NCBI GenBank assembly: GCA_030704615.1
Contig: CM060734.1
Span: 41,292,001-41,356,000, forward strand
Source: Takakia lepidozioides
Lineage: Eukaryota; Plantae; Bryophyta
Direction of reading: 5' to 3'
Length of the DNA stretch: 64,000 bases
Shown: piece by piece, positions 36,301 through 49,800 of the stretch
Position numbering within the stretch: the stretch's first letter is position 1
Layout: every line of letters starts with the position of its first letter
The notes under the pieces: generated by a model
The model's input: the letters and a program-made list of their open reading frames with translations, nothing else
What the model was told of the DNA's origin: nothing
Databases searched by the model: none
Made by a program: the position numbers and the translations under genes

Positions 36301-36743
36301 AGAAAGAAGCATGACTATCGGGCACGTCATTCCACAGACACATTCCTTCCTTTGGCAGTCGAGATCTTTCGTTGTTTGCATCATCAGTTCAACGAGTTCC
36401 TTCGCAAATGTGCCCATCGTGCAGCGGAAAACAAAAGCCTTGGAAGCCCATACGCCTCTGTTCTTGTAGCTTTCTTTAGACAACGAATTTTTGGTGCTTT
36501 GCAAAAGGCTCAAGCTCAATCTATTTTACGTCGGGCAGAGGTTGCTGGGGCGGCTTCATCTCGCCTCCCCGCACTCTCTAATCCACCCTCTTTCCTGTTG
36601 TCCGACCTTCTTCAGCTGTAGGTGATACTAGAATAGTTTGATTTCTTTCTTGTCAATATATCTAGCTCTACGAGCTTTGGTTGTTTTCTCTTGGGGCCAG
36701 TTACACCCGTTTGTACAGTCACCCCACTTGGGTTTTTTTATAA
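33330..36743 (+). mobile_element. CRE-clade non-LTR retrotransposon (zinc finger - RT - restriction-like endonuclease), degenerate
   Basis: C2H2-like CLVPGCGRMF...LARHQH; RT motifs IRHIVVGE, QFGV, DLTNAFN, GTRQGDPLGG, IADD, IRVLGVP; C-terminal CVC..H..C, THD, RVDI, DVVVTDP, PLAVE. In-frame stops (34310, 35924) and a 53 bp internal tandem duplication (35395-35500). Confidence 0.85.
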
Positions 36744-36989
36744 AGCTATGCAGGTTTTGTAAGCTTGGCAGAGTAGTTTAGTAAAGAAAGGCAACTTACC
36801 ATGCCAATTCCACTCTCCCCGATCAAAGGTAAGATCAACCAAAGGGCAGTTCTTGTACCAGAAAAGCAAAGATGATCTCACCCATTGATTTGGCTCTCTT
36901 GAAGGGTCAGGCAAAGGGCAATATTAATTTTTATTATGAAAAAACGTTGGAAGCTAAAGGCTGCTACATTTCTAGAGGGTAAGCCTACC

Positions 36990-37185
36990 CATGTGGGCTG
37001 AAGGGCTCTGTGATGGGGCTCAACCTGGCGTTTACAAGGCTGCACCTGCTGCGGTCCGAGGACGGATGATATGGGTGTCATCTGCAATAGAAGGGAACAT
37101 ACAACATACATGTGGGAAAGGCTTGTGCAAAAGACCTAAGTGCGCGCAGGTGGGCAAGGGCAAAGGGAGGTCCCATAGTGGACAG
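36990..37185 (-). mobile_element. Second CRE RT fragment, inverted
   Basis: Minus strand encodes PFALAHLRALRS...FPSIADDTHII, homologous to 34840-34940. Confidence 0.7.
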
Positions 37186-37758
37186 TGTAAATGGTCCCAA
37201 GAGCAGAAACTCTCAAGTGCAATGACAAATTTCCAATCATGAACACAACATTTTTCTCACATTGTATATCAGCATAGAGATGCAATGGAGAATTTGCCGC
37301 AGTCATCTAGTGGTCAGACAACAGGATGCACATTTTTGCTGGCATGCCTGATACACCTTTTATAAGAGAAGCCAGAAGAGGAATTACATCGGAACTGAAG
37401 TGATCTACATGTTTAAAATGCTCCAGGACAGTCTTATCCCAACTTGCTTTCATGGAACATGGCCAAGTTCTTCCGAACTGGTACTCTGTATGGCATAGAT
37501 GGACAGCATGAACAGATATGTTGCTAGGTTTGGGATCAATTAACAAGGTGACAAATGAATGTTAATACACTATCTTTAACTAGTTTAGCAAGCTCATCCA
37601 GAAGGGTGAACCACATTGGCCTTCGATCAGGATAAATAAGTGTCGAGGCTGACATGCTAATGACAGTTTCTGTGGGTTAAATAAATGGCAGATCTAATAT
37701 TCTGAGTGTACAAGTTGTGAACCAAGCCGAGATCCTAAGCGTCCTAAGAACTCTGCAT

Positions 37759-40700
37759 TTATTCGGAATCAAAAAACATGGCAACAGCCTTGTATAGCTG
37801 CTCTTCTTCGAAGGGTTTAGCAACATATCCATTCATGCCAAACTTCAGGCACTGCTCGTATGTTGCTTGAATCACATCCGCTGTCATTGCAAGAATAGGG
37901 ATATGGACTGGCCGTCCATGATGCAGCATCCATTCGGCAACCTCCAGTTCTGCCTGCCGTATTATTCTCGTAGCTTCAAATCTGGAACAAAACAATGATT
38001 GGGTCCTGTCAGAAAATAGACGTTTTTCAAGGTAAACTGGTGAATCTTGTTTTCGAAAGAAAGAGCAAGCACAACAAAGGCATTCATGAAACCAAGGTGA
38101 TAGGGGGCATACCCGTCCATTTCAGGCATCTGTACATCCATAAAGCAGGCATCAAAATTGTGAGGAGGCTGAAGCAGAGCAATCGCTGCTTTCCCGCTGT
38201 CTACACACTCAACTTGGGCACCAAATTTATGAAGAGCCCCAGCAGCTACCCGTCGATTTACACGGTTATCATCTACTACTAGAATCCTTTTGCCAGAGAG
38301 AAGTTTCCGAAGGGAGCTCTTTCCTGCAGGAAGCTCCCGCCCTTGCTGTCTCCTGCTTCCAAATCCCACTGGCAGCAGAGATGCAGCCACCATGCTTGCT
38401 CGGAGAGGCTTTATAATCACACTGTCAAACCCAGCCGCCTGGGCCATTTCCTGCTCGCCCGCATTGATTGAAGTTGCTAACAAAATGATTTTTGGGAGGC
38501 TTATCAAGGGTAGACTGCTTGGAAATCGTCCATATACAGATCTGTTATATCTTGTTCTTGTGCTGTCTAGTCTTAGGCCCATACTTTGAGCGAGAAATTG
38601 AGGAAAGCCTAGGCCTGTTCCAGGGCCCCATGCATCTTTGTCCACGACTATCATGTCAATTGCACCATTTCCAGTTGTGCTGATAAAAAGGCAGACAACA
38701 TAGACAAATCTGTTATCACTTCAAGTTACACAAATCAAAACAACACATCCCTATCCAATTGTCAAACAAGCAAGATGTGGAAGAACTCAATGGATGAGTT
38801 GCAAGCAGGAGTGTATTGAATAGAACAAGCTGCCAATCGTAGAAGCCAGGACTCAGTTCACACAAGAATTATCCAATGACAACCATACAGGGGGCATTTC
38901 AAAAGAAGATGGCACCTATGACGAACAATTCACATCTGTAGACTAAACTATGTTCGTCTTGTATCGAGTCTTGTGGGTATGTCCAACATGCTTTCCGAAA
39001 GTGGAGATAGCTAGTACATACCTGCAAAGACCAAGAGTCCTGCCATCCGTTGCGGCTGCAAGCAATGCAGTTGCAGAACAAACATCATGGGCGATCTCAA
39101 CCTGATTCCACAACAGTCAAGTGGAATTTGTTTGTAAGCCAAGTGTTCCCATACAGTGTTAGGATCATAAATTGTGGAAGAACATCATAATTCCCATAGC
39201 ACCAAGCATTGCAGTAGACCCTCAAGGTCAGGGTGTATAGCTACGTACAATAGTTCTCATGTGAACGGAAGTTATGTTTGGAAACAGTCAGAGAGAGAGA
39301 AACAATGAGAAAAAAAAATGTACTGTTGTTTACTATAGTAAAGAAAGAAAAAGAAGTCTTCTCTGAAGTATAATGTTACAATTCTGCGTAGACATTAAAA
39401 GGTAACCCGCACAGATGTTGCACCAGTCCAGATTAAAACCTAAACTAGTGCAACATAGAGCGTGCAGTCTCCACATTGTTGTCAATCCACAATCAACATC
39501 ATGTATGACGCTGCCACTACTTTCCACTGACAAAAGACAACTTTGTATATCCATGTTAGGCCCAAAGGGCTTGAGGGACCAGTACGGCAACACTAGAAAC
39601 TAGGGACAAAAAAAAGGGAAGAAACTTGTTATGTCTAGGGAGGCCCAAGGGCATGTACTCATGAGACCTTGTTTGCCCTAGACTTGTGGCCATAGACGCT
39701 GTGCCAGTTTGGGCGGAACAAGAGAGAGGGAGATAGAGACAGAGAGAGAAACACAAGAAACTTTGTGAATTCTATGAGTTTTTGAGCTGAGGGGTACAAC
39801 AAGCAAATAAAGGACTACAAACCTAAACCGGTGTACGAAGATGGAGTGCCTCTTGGAGGCAAGAGTGATGTGCAGGCTTCAAACCTGAATGCCTGCCAGG
39901 GAATAACTAGCTACTAAGGAGACAGTAGTATCTCCCTCCAAATCATATTACACAGACCAGGACGAGAGGGACAGGGTCCAAGTCCTGGAAAGGAAGTAGT
40001 GTGTGGGAACTAACTCCTGCTACCTGCCTGCTTTTGTGTGCCTTTGGTGCTTATATATATTAATGATCTGCATTTCCATCTTTTCTTTGGCTCAGGATCT
40101 TGTGGCTCATGATCATCATGTGATCCAAGCAGCCTCACATTAGAGCATTCTTTCTCACATTGTTTCCTACACAGGCAATTTGGAATTTTCTGGCTGTAGA
40201 GGAGGCTCGAGCTTCAAAGACTGATGCAGAAGTTTGTTTCCATGTTGCCACACTGCAGTGGTCGGGCTGGTATCCAGGGAGCCTTATGCTTCTAGATATT
40301 TGAGTAGCTTGGGCTTCTTGTTTTCAAAGACCTTTGCTTATAAAGTTTAATCAGGGATCTTGCTCCATTCCTTTTTTGAAATACAGATGATGATGAGTAC
40401 CTGCACACCAAGCCTCCGCAAGTGGTGCCTGATCACTTCACATTGAACTGGCCTTCCATCCACCACCAGCGCTTGCATTCCCTGAAAGCAGTCTGGTAAA
40501 GGGGGTGTCTGAGACACACAGTTGGAATCCCTAAGAACCTTTTCGAGCACGCTGTCTGGCACCCGTCTAAAAACGGCAGTGAAACTGAACGTTGACCCTA
40601 TCCCTGGCTGGCTCACAAATCCCATTTCGCCGGACATTAGCTCCACTAAACAGCGGCTAATGCTCAGACCAATTCCCGTGCCCCCGTAAGTCCTTGATGT

Positions 40701-43700
40701 TGAGCTGTCAGCCTGCATCCACAATTACAGAATCACATTCAATGGTGTTGCTTCGCAATCAATCCATCAATTTCCCAGAGGATTTCACTGGAATTAAGGG
40801 AGATGAAGCCAACCCCCTTCTGGCTTTAGTACAACACCCTGAAATACACAGACAATTTTAGGTGGTAACCCACAAATACTCGGGGACATCAAAACCACAG
40901 GAGAGCTACTTCCACAAATACACAGCGACAAAAGTGCCTCATGGAGGTAACCTGCTAAGCATCACAGAGTAGGGCAGTTAGTTACGGCTGCACCCTTACC
41001 TGCATGAAGGGGGTGAACACGCGCTCTTGGACATTGAAAGGAATGCCCACCCCGGTGTCCTCCACACTGACCACCAAGTTCACCATGTCGTTATCAAAGC
41101 ATGTCCAGGTGTCTTGCCTGGTCTCTGAATGGAATGAATTTTCATGTGCAAGCAAGCGCTCAAAAGTCTCCCAACTGCTTGTCCCATCTGCAGTCTGATA
41201 GCCACTCAAAGTATTGATTTGATTTCTCATATCTACTCCCACTGGACTGTCGACTTCTTCGTAGTTGTCCTCCACCCCATCAGCATTGAGCACCGTAGCC
41301 ATGTCCTCGGCCAAGTGAACACATACAAAGATGTGCCCCCGTGCTGTAAACTGCAATGATCATCAAGTGTTAATGTTAAGCACACAGACAGACACAGAAC
41401 AAATGCAGGATATACATACAGACAAAGAATCTCTCATCTAATGTGCAAGATGTGAAGGAGAAGTTGAGGAATAGAGTACTTTGATGGAGTTCCCAACAAG
41501 GTTGGTGATGATCTGCCGAAATCGCCCTGGGTCTCCAATGAGGATATTGGGAACCCTTTCGGAGACATATACAGCCAGCTTCTCTCCCCAAAGCATAATG
41601 CATGCAAAAGACACGCACACATGCCTCACTGGTAAGCTGTGTTCTTCTAAGAGCACTATTCACTGCAGTTGAGTTTTTATCCATCCTCTTGAGAAACTTT
41701 CGAAATTAATTTCAGAAAAGGATCTTATAGTGAGAGTCAACTTGGCAGTTGGCATCAAGTGGATGTGCAAGACAAAGTCATGCAAAATAGTAGGCAGCAG
41801 AGTTGCAACGAAATTCAGTCTTCAACACATTCTCTATGCTACTGTGCTGCCAATGATCTGCTGGATGCGTAAGGCAACACCCACCAACAGAGAGAGTTTA
41901 TCAAAACTGGAGCAATAACACTTTCTATGAACTTGGGTGTGTAATTTGTTCACTAAATAATTTCAAACGGTTGTTAGAGGTTGTACGGAGAGCAGACCTC
42001 AACCCCTTCATCTCGAGACTTTCCACTGAAGAGAGAGAGCACGTCATCAAGAATAGCAGATAAATCGAATGGTACAGCTTCTAGTTCCAGGCGCCCGGAC
42101 TCAATCTTTGCCTGGTCAAGGACCTCATTGATGAGTGTGATGAGTGCTTTGCCACTGGCTTGTGCTGTTCGAGCATAGTCTTGTTGAATTGCATTGAGGG
42201 GGGTATCCATCAGCATTTGCAGCATTCCTGCAAAATTCATTGTCCAATTTCATTAATGCATCCCCTAGCTACATGTAGGTGTGGAAGCCACTTAGTTGTA
42301 CTACAAAAGTCAGATAATGGGTGCTACCCCTCACGCCTCTTTCTCTCTGCATCTTTCCCTCTGCCCAGTGCCACTGCCTCCATCCCACAGCAGTCAGGTC
42401 TCACTGGCCACATAGGACAGCCCAGGTGCCAAGTTTTCAGCACATCTTCCCCGTAGATAAAGCCCCAACTTTACCTACACCATATGAATGAATTTGACAA
42501 CATTGGTCTCAGGTGTTTTAAGTCTGGTAGGAAATCTACAGGGCCAAGGCCAAGGTGTGGGATCCAAACAACATGGTTCATATAAGCACTGAAACCGTCC
42601 TGTTAAAATTTGCACACATGTTGGAAGATCAAACTCACCTAGGACACCATTCATTGGTGTTCGAATCTCGTGAGAAACTGTTGCCAAGAACTACGCAGGA
42701 CCACAACCGACAACTCTGTCAGTTTCCTGGATATCAGCAGGAGTTTTACATGATACAAATGCAAGAAACAGATTTGGAAACATAACTAGTGTGTGTGTGA
42801 ATCAGGTATCTCACCACAGACAGAGTGATTTATTTGGTTGAAATCTGGACACCAGCAATTCCAGTGTCAGAAGGTGAAGCCTTGACACTAAAGGCCCAAG
42901 AAGCACTGGTATACCTGAGACTTTGCAATAACAGCCTCATCTGCTCGTACTTTGAGCTCTTGAAAGATACGGCACGTTTCCTCCACCTTGTCAATTCGGC
43001 ACCGTGAAGCATGCAACATATGTCCAACCAGGAAGGCTATCACAAAGATTCCCACCGAAGTAGATATGGCTGTCCATGGAGGAGGAGGATCCTCATTGAA
43101 CCTGCAATGGTGTAGTTGTGGTTAGCTGATTAGGTTGATCTCATTCCACGAGAAAATCACTTTGACTCCCTCTCTCTCACTGTCCCCGAGTAGAAGAGAT
43201 TCTCAAGGACCTGGACCTGGCTCCGCAAGTCTTGACCCTGCTGGATAAATCTGACTTAGAGGCTGTAGTGTCCAAAGCCATGTCTGTTGCCATGAGATTG
43301 TCTGATGAAAATGAAAGTTAGGCAGAAAACTTCCCTGAACTTGTTTCCAGTCAGTGACATGGGTGAGGACATCTTGGATGACCTCAAGGGTCTACCCACT
43401 CTCGGCACTAGACTGAAATTTAAACTCAGGGCAGGAAGCCTACCTTTGAACAGCAAACAGAAGCAGAGAGGAAAGGGAGAGTGCAATTGCCCGTTGTGTG
43501 GGCAATCTGAAGACAGTATTCATTTTCTGATACACTGTCCGGGGTTCTCTCACCAAAGAGACACTCTCTTCAAATCTATCAAGGGAATTGTGCCTGTACC
43601 CCTGTTTACCAACTTTGAAAGTCTCGAGGCTGAGCCAAAAGCCCCGGCCCTCCTGAGGCCTAGTTTTTGGGCAAATCACACACAGCAGATTGATGCTTGT

Positions 43701-46700
43701 GTGAAGGGATTTCTAGAGGATATCCGGAAAACCCGGATTAATTCTATATATGAAGGTAAGTCTTACTACCAACGTCAGCCCCTGACAGAGGTAGGTTCTG
43801 TCCCTTTTGTTCCCGCTCAAACTGGGCGCGGGGTCAATGGCCACAAGGCTACGGCAAACGTCTTATGAGTACAATCTCTCACTGTCCCCGACACAAAACA
43901 AAATAACCAGCCTGAGTCTGGGTTTTGCCTTAAAAGCATTGAGGACACTTGTAAGGAAAGCTCTGGGAACAACCTTACTGCTAAATCCTCAAAATATGTC
44001 TGACATAGAAATCTCCGAAGGCAGCTAAGATCCCATCAGGTAGAATAGACACGGTTAAGCCACTATTATCAAGATGTCCAGAGAGAAAAGAGCTCTGAAG
44101 GTGAATGCATGGGTTCTTTGTAGGCAAGCTGACTGGGATTATTGGATGCACCAGACAGGGAGAAGAGGGAGAAGCACCTGCACCGCATCTCATGCTTGCG
44201 TAGAGGATCTCCGAAATCCAGCATGCTATAGGTGCTTTTTGTTTTAGAAACAGTTGTATGACCATACATGACAAGTGGCATGGAATCATTGGTGATGTCG
44301 AACACATTCACAGCTATGGTTTGGCTCCCTGCCATCTGCAGTAACAAATTTTCAACCAGGGTTTCCACATCGAAGGCCCCTCCCAAATACCTGCTCCAAA
44401 GGCACACTACCATGTTAGGCTCCTTTCAAATTGAGGAATTTAGAGCAACTAAATGTTCCAAGGATGACATGCAAGAGAAAACAGCCAAATCGATTAGAAA
44501 CAGAGAAAGAGTGATGGAGCGGACCCTGCCGTCGCTTTAATCCGGTCGTCAGGGGTAGCATCATCAGGAAGATCTGTGCGATAGACTGCGAAAGTAAAAA
44601 CAACACCGAGATGATTCGATTCGAGCAGCCTGAAGGGATTAGTCAGAGCACCCTTTCCTGATGCTCTCGCCCTCAAAATGTTTTCGCGATCTTCCTGCAA
44701 ATTTGAGAGAGCCAGCCAGGATATTGTTTAAACAGTGTTGTGGCAGGCTTGGTCCATTGGAGTTTTTCTGTCTCCATCTTTGTCTGATGTAGAGTCTCAA
44801 GTTTTTGCTTTTGAAGTTGACAGACAACCTTAAACCCTTGCACAACTTTTCAGATGGAAGGAGGGTGAATGGCAGCAAATGTACTGGTAATCACAGAAGA
44901 AACAAAGATATGAAATCTCACCTCCCCCGACATCATGTCGAGAGACTTCAGGTAAGACACAGTCTCTTGCGACATCGTCGTGGGTGCATACTCGTCAAAG
45001 TCTTCCTGCCTTACTTTGCTATGCATTTCCTTTATAGTCCAGCCATGAGTTGTCTCAAACAAATTCCTGTCCGTGTGAAGTACCCTCTCGGCAAATGCAA
45101 CCCCACTCATCAGGGGCCTCTCAAATGCAGTTCTTGCAGTGTATGTAGCAAAAGTCTCCTGCGAAATCATCCAGCACACTTCAGCATCAACTAGGGTTGC
45201 AGATCAGAACAATAAATGTGCTTATTAGACTGCGCTTCCCAAAGCCCTGTGCAGTAGGAGGGAGGAAGGAGAAAAACCGGCCGTTCATTGCCATTGCCGT
45301 GAAGAGATAAAGCTAGGAGGCTACTCTCAACTACTCTTAAGCAGAGATGTTTGTTAATTGCTCTGACAAAGCGCCATGCAATTGTCTCCAATAAATAGAC
45401 TCAAAAGACAAAGAACCCCACACACTAAAAACCTGCACCAACAGTTATCTAGCAGGTACTCATCGCCATTACTTGTTGTCAAGATATAGCGGAAATGACA
45501 CTTGCAGAGCAAGCGACTTCCCCCAACTTGGGAATGCGGGAACTGGTAGAGAGAAAGTCGAAAAATATGCCAATAGGACGTAACATCACGGCCCAATGCT
45601 CATAACCTCACCCTAACATGAACATTCTGGGCACAAAGTCAAGTGAAAGCTGACAGCGAACCTGGTTGATGGCAGAGGGTTCCTCGCCAAGATGGAATGT
45701 CGTGAGAAGGGCAGTGAGCGCACGCACATGGTTCATACTGGCCACGAATTGGTTCTGCAGGGATCCACACCCAACTCATGAGCCTAGCCATTTAGTTGAC
45801 GAAAATAATTCATTTATCAGATAGGATCAAGATGCTTCACGACTGGAAGGTTTTTAGGCACCGGGGTGCAAAGTAACCTCATCAGACTGTCTCCTTTGCA
45901 GAAACCTTGGTTTTTTTCCTGATTTTGTGCGAACCGAAGATAATTGTGGCGATAATTCCGCCAGATCCGAATACTTGCAGTGCTCTCTATATGTTAAGGG
46001 TGGCATTAATCCTACAGAATGATTTTATAAACGGTTGGTGGATCCGGAATGAGAGTTCCAGTGGTCTCATCGAAGCAATTAAAAGAAAATGACATTTTTT
46101 CACCACAAATAAAGCTATAGAAGGTACTGGACACAGTGGGCTCCAAGCTCCAATGCCATCATGTGCAGAAGCTGCAAGGAGAGAGTGGTGGGTAGCTGGG
46201 CCCTGGAAATGCCTTCATGAGGTTGCACCGTGGCAGACTCAACGGATCTGCAAAGGTGGGAAAATTCTCACATTCCCATGAGAACCACGAGTACAAGCAT
46301 ATGATTGGAATACCTCCAGCATACGCGCACGTCCCTCACACATGTTTGCGAGGTTCTCCCTCCTACGTTCGACAATGTCAGTGTTCATAGAAAAATAAAC
46401 TGAGATCGCCACAGCCGCCATGGCAAGCACCCATGCAACGAACAACTTGGTGTGCCAATTTTTCCCAAGCCCCCAGGTCGACGATCGTGTCCCTTTAGCT
46501 GCACCATGTCTTACCAACGAGCTCCCGGAATCACCCCACCACTTCACACCAAGCCTTCCCGGACCCGTGGCCTTATTCACTGCATTCCCAGCTACATAAA
46601 CACCTCCTCCTCCTCCTCCTCCTCCTCCTCCCCTCAACAAGCCCTTTGATTGCGTCGAATGGCAGGGGCTGCAGTTGGACCCCCCACGCCCCATCCCCAT

Positions 46701-46802
46701 CTTGGTGACACCACCGCCGAGAGACGTCTGCATCACTTGAGTCACGTCTGCGGTGGGATCATAAGTAAAAGTATCATCTTTCTTCCAGACTCTTTGCCGC
46801 AT
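37759..46802 (-). CDS. CHASE-domain hybrid histidine kinase (cytokinin receptor, CHK/AHK2-4 family)
   Basis: TM + MCEGRARML (46802-46314); CHASE exons ([12 protein letters not shown]; [11 protein letters not shown]; [11 protein letters not shown]); TM exon 43101-42914; His[17 protein letters not shown]; HATPase [22 protein letters not shown]; receiver [18 protein letters not shown]; stop at 37759. Start codon and one small exon between 40400 and 38680 are uncertain. Confidence 0.93.
39655..39720 (-). mobile_element. ~70 bp 3'-end copy of the (TC)n-associated LINE
   Basis: gttccgcccaaactggcacagcgtctatggccacaagtctagggcaaacaaggtctcatgagtaca, preceded by a TC-rich run. Confidence 0.65.
43190..43874 (+). 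mobile_element. 5'-truncated LINE copy with 17 bp target-site duplication in a CHK intron
   Basis: TSD TCTCTCACTGTCCCCGA at 43173-43189 and 43875-43891; [21 protein letters not shown]; ORF ends GHKATANVL*. Confidence 0.85.
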
Positions 46803-49800
46803 ATAGACCCCGTAATATACACATTGCAGCTGTACTCCAGGCCTCAAGGCCACGGACCTTCCATCAACCCCTCCTCGCACTCAAACTCCAATCCTTCCCC
46901 ATCACTCTCACACCGCACACATCCACACCAATCCAGCCCCAGAAGTCGATGTTGCCACATTACCACCTTGCCACAGAATCCAAAAAATGGTATGCCCTGA
47001 AATCCCTAGTACCCCCCCCTCTTCCTTGTTTTCAGATTGCACTCATCTTCCTCCTTCCTCATCACCTCCCCTCACTCAAGCTGTGGCAGCACAGCAGAGT
47101 GGAGCAAGGAGAGCCCGCCCTGCCCTGTCAGACATCCATCAGAACCGCCATATCCTGCCCTGTTGTTGGGATGACACCTTAGATCTCTTCTTTAAGTTAA
47201 TGCCGCATGATATAACTCTATGAAGGTTCCTCGGCTCTCTCCAAACACCTCCTATGAGTGCGAGGGAGACAGAAACTACACTCTTCACTCCCTCCCTCTC
47301 TCTCTTGCGCGGCCTCACGTCACCAACATTATTACTATCCTCTTTTTATCTGTACCTCTCTTTTCCCAAATCGTGGGAAATTATTTTATTATTATTTTCA
47401 CACTCTATGAAAATATATTTAAATTAATTTCACTAAAATTAGGTTATCCCTTCAGATAAAGAATTACCTATAGGTGGGGCCCTTTTCTATAAGGAGCTCG
47501 AAGGAACACGCGGGTAATTCTTTTATACCCTCCCCGACAACTTAACCCCCCAATCATTATTTTATGGGACACATTCCAACATTTCATCCATCCTGCAACT
47601 AATAGAAAATGAAATTTGAAAATAGAATATGAATTTAACTTTCACCCACACGGGGTGATGTTAAGTTACGGTGTACGTCTGAGGTTGACACGATGGAATA
47701 TAGGAAAGTGAGAAATGAATAAATAATAAGCAGGGCAGACTGGCAGGCGTAATAATTATTGCAATTAATATGAGGCCTTACTGTACTCGCAGAATAGTTC
47801 ACGAGGGCCCAGAAACCTGTCCCTCTTTTACGTACATCCCCCGTCTTTTACGAGCCCGCGATCACAGCCCGGGTGGATCCAACGGCTGGAGGTCGTGAAA
47901 CGTGGCGCGGCGCTGGAAGCTTCCGCCCAATAGGTGACAAAAACATCCGCCCCTGTCCGACAATGTTTTTGTTTTTAGTTATTTGTTTTTACGAGATGGA
48001 TGGACGGTAGGATGGATGAATGGGGTTTCGGGATGGATTACCGCCTACCGAGACACCCAGACTCATACTCCAAACGAATGTTCGTTTATCATCCACGGCT
48101 TTATTCTGTAATTGTTTTCATGCAAAGCGGTCCGAAGCGCATCTTGCAAAAGGCACGGATTCTCCGGAGTCCGTCGGGGCCCCGGCGAACGGGCGGGCGC
48201 GCCCGGTCGTGCGGAGCGGCCGTATGCCCTCGGATATGGCGGGTCGTGCGTGGCGAGACTGAAGAGGATCTAGGGTGCACCGTGTGACATATGACAGCCC
48301 CGCTTTTTCAGCGGGAGATGAATGCGTATACGGATGATGAATGCTGACGGATGAACGTTGAGGTGTACAGTGCCAACAGTGGAGCGGCTGGCGAGGATGG
48401 AAGTTGGAACAGGCTGATGTGGATGGATGTTGTCCGGAGGTGGAGAGACCGCAGACGGCACACCCACCAGGGCAGGTCATAAACACACCGTGGTACCGGA
48501 CGCGCGGTCAAAGAGGTGCCGGAACACGTGAACAACTGCGGTGGCCGTAACCGCGGTCAGCCCGCTCTGGTCTGGTCAATCGCCAGCACCAACCGCACCT
48601 GCGCTGCTTGTTTCGCCACCCATCGGGGCTGTTCAAGTCGATACCGTGTTTATCACGGGCAGAGAGGTATGTACTACAACCAACGTGGATGAATGAGGGA
48701 TGGATGAATGATGTGCGTACCTTCCCGAGAATACGGTCGTATGTACGGAGAATGTATCTACGTAGAATACCAAGCCCGGGTCCCCACAGCTTGTTTGTTG
48801 GTAGCCTACCAAGTTTAGAGGGGGCCTGTTTGTTGCTTGATTGTTTGTGAATGCATGCAGCCCAGTGAGATCCGTTTGTTTTCTAGTGTTAATCCCAGCA
48901 CAGAGATGGAAAAGAGAAAGGGAGAGAAAGGGAGAGAAAGAAAGAGAGAAAGAGAGAAAGAGAGAAAGAATGGATCTGGAAAAAGCTCCACAAATGGGGC
49001 AAAAGTGTTGTGTATTTGATGGAAACGACGAGGAAAAAGAACGAGATGGAGGAGTGGAAAGGGAGGGTGTGGGGCATTTGCATCATCACTTTGTACTGAT
49101 CGAAGCAACAAAACATTTCAGTCTGCAATAATTTTGGCTGCAACTGTCACGGGGTCTGAGCACGTTGATGATGGAAAGCAAGCTTCACGTCGGGATGTCA
49201 GTGGGGGAGTCCTTGGGGTTGCCATGTGAGTCTGCATTATTCACAGAATTCACCTGCTTCACTGGGGTTTACTTGCACGCCATGTATGACAAATTGTACT
49301 GGGAGGGAGTCTGGCCGTCGTTTTTGATGCAAACTTTGTCTGTTTGTCATTGCAACAGCCGCCCGCTACCTACCTGGGGCCTGCAACTTGCCGAATATGT
49401 CCCTGGGCCCTACTCTTATCTATAACTTAGTACCGCAAGTTTATCCAGACAGAGGGAGCAGGAATGAATAAAATATGGGTGCTAGTTGACGAGCACATGC
49501 GTATTGTACATCGGAGGTTGAGTGGTCCTTTGGCTTTCTCTCTTTCTGCACGCGATACGTAGCTCTTCCTTTCTTTTAATCTTATTTCTCTATCCCACAC
49601 AGAGAGAGTGCAGTGTACGTTGCTTTTCTGCGACCATAGACAGCAAGGGTTTTCACGTTTTCACATGCAAATGATGGTCGATATGAAGAATGTGTGGGTT
49701 TAAGACATGATGGTAGTTAAGAGGAAGACAAGGAGCATAACCCAAAACACGAGCGTTGCGCTACGTGGGCGTTGGCCTCTCTCTCTCGCCAGGCCTTCAG

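Noticed and set aside
43845-43875. Hammerhead-ribozyme-like CTTATGAG / GCAAAC at the LINE 3' ends
   Set aside because: The core deviates from CUGAUGA/GAAA and I could not form the required stems; it coincides with the ORF stop.
46603-46632. (CCT)n repeat giving poly-Gly in the CHK N-terminus
   Set aside because: Ordinary coding microsatellite in a low-complexity region.
47860-49100. GC-rich, GGAT- and AG-repeat region with short ORFs between CHK and the F-box gene
   Set aside because: No domain or clear TIR; consistent with promoter and 5' UTR sequence.
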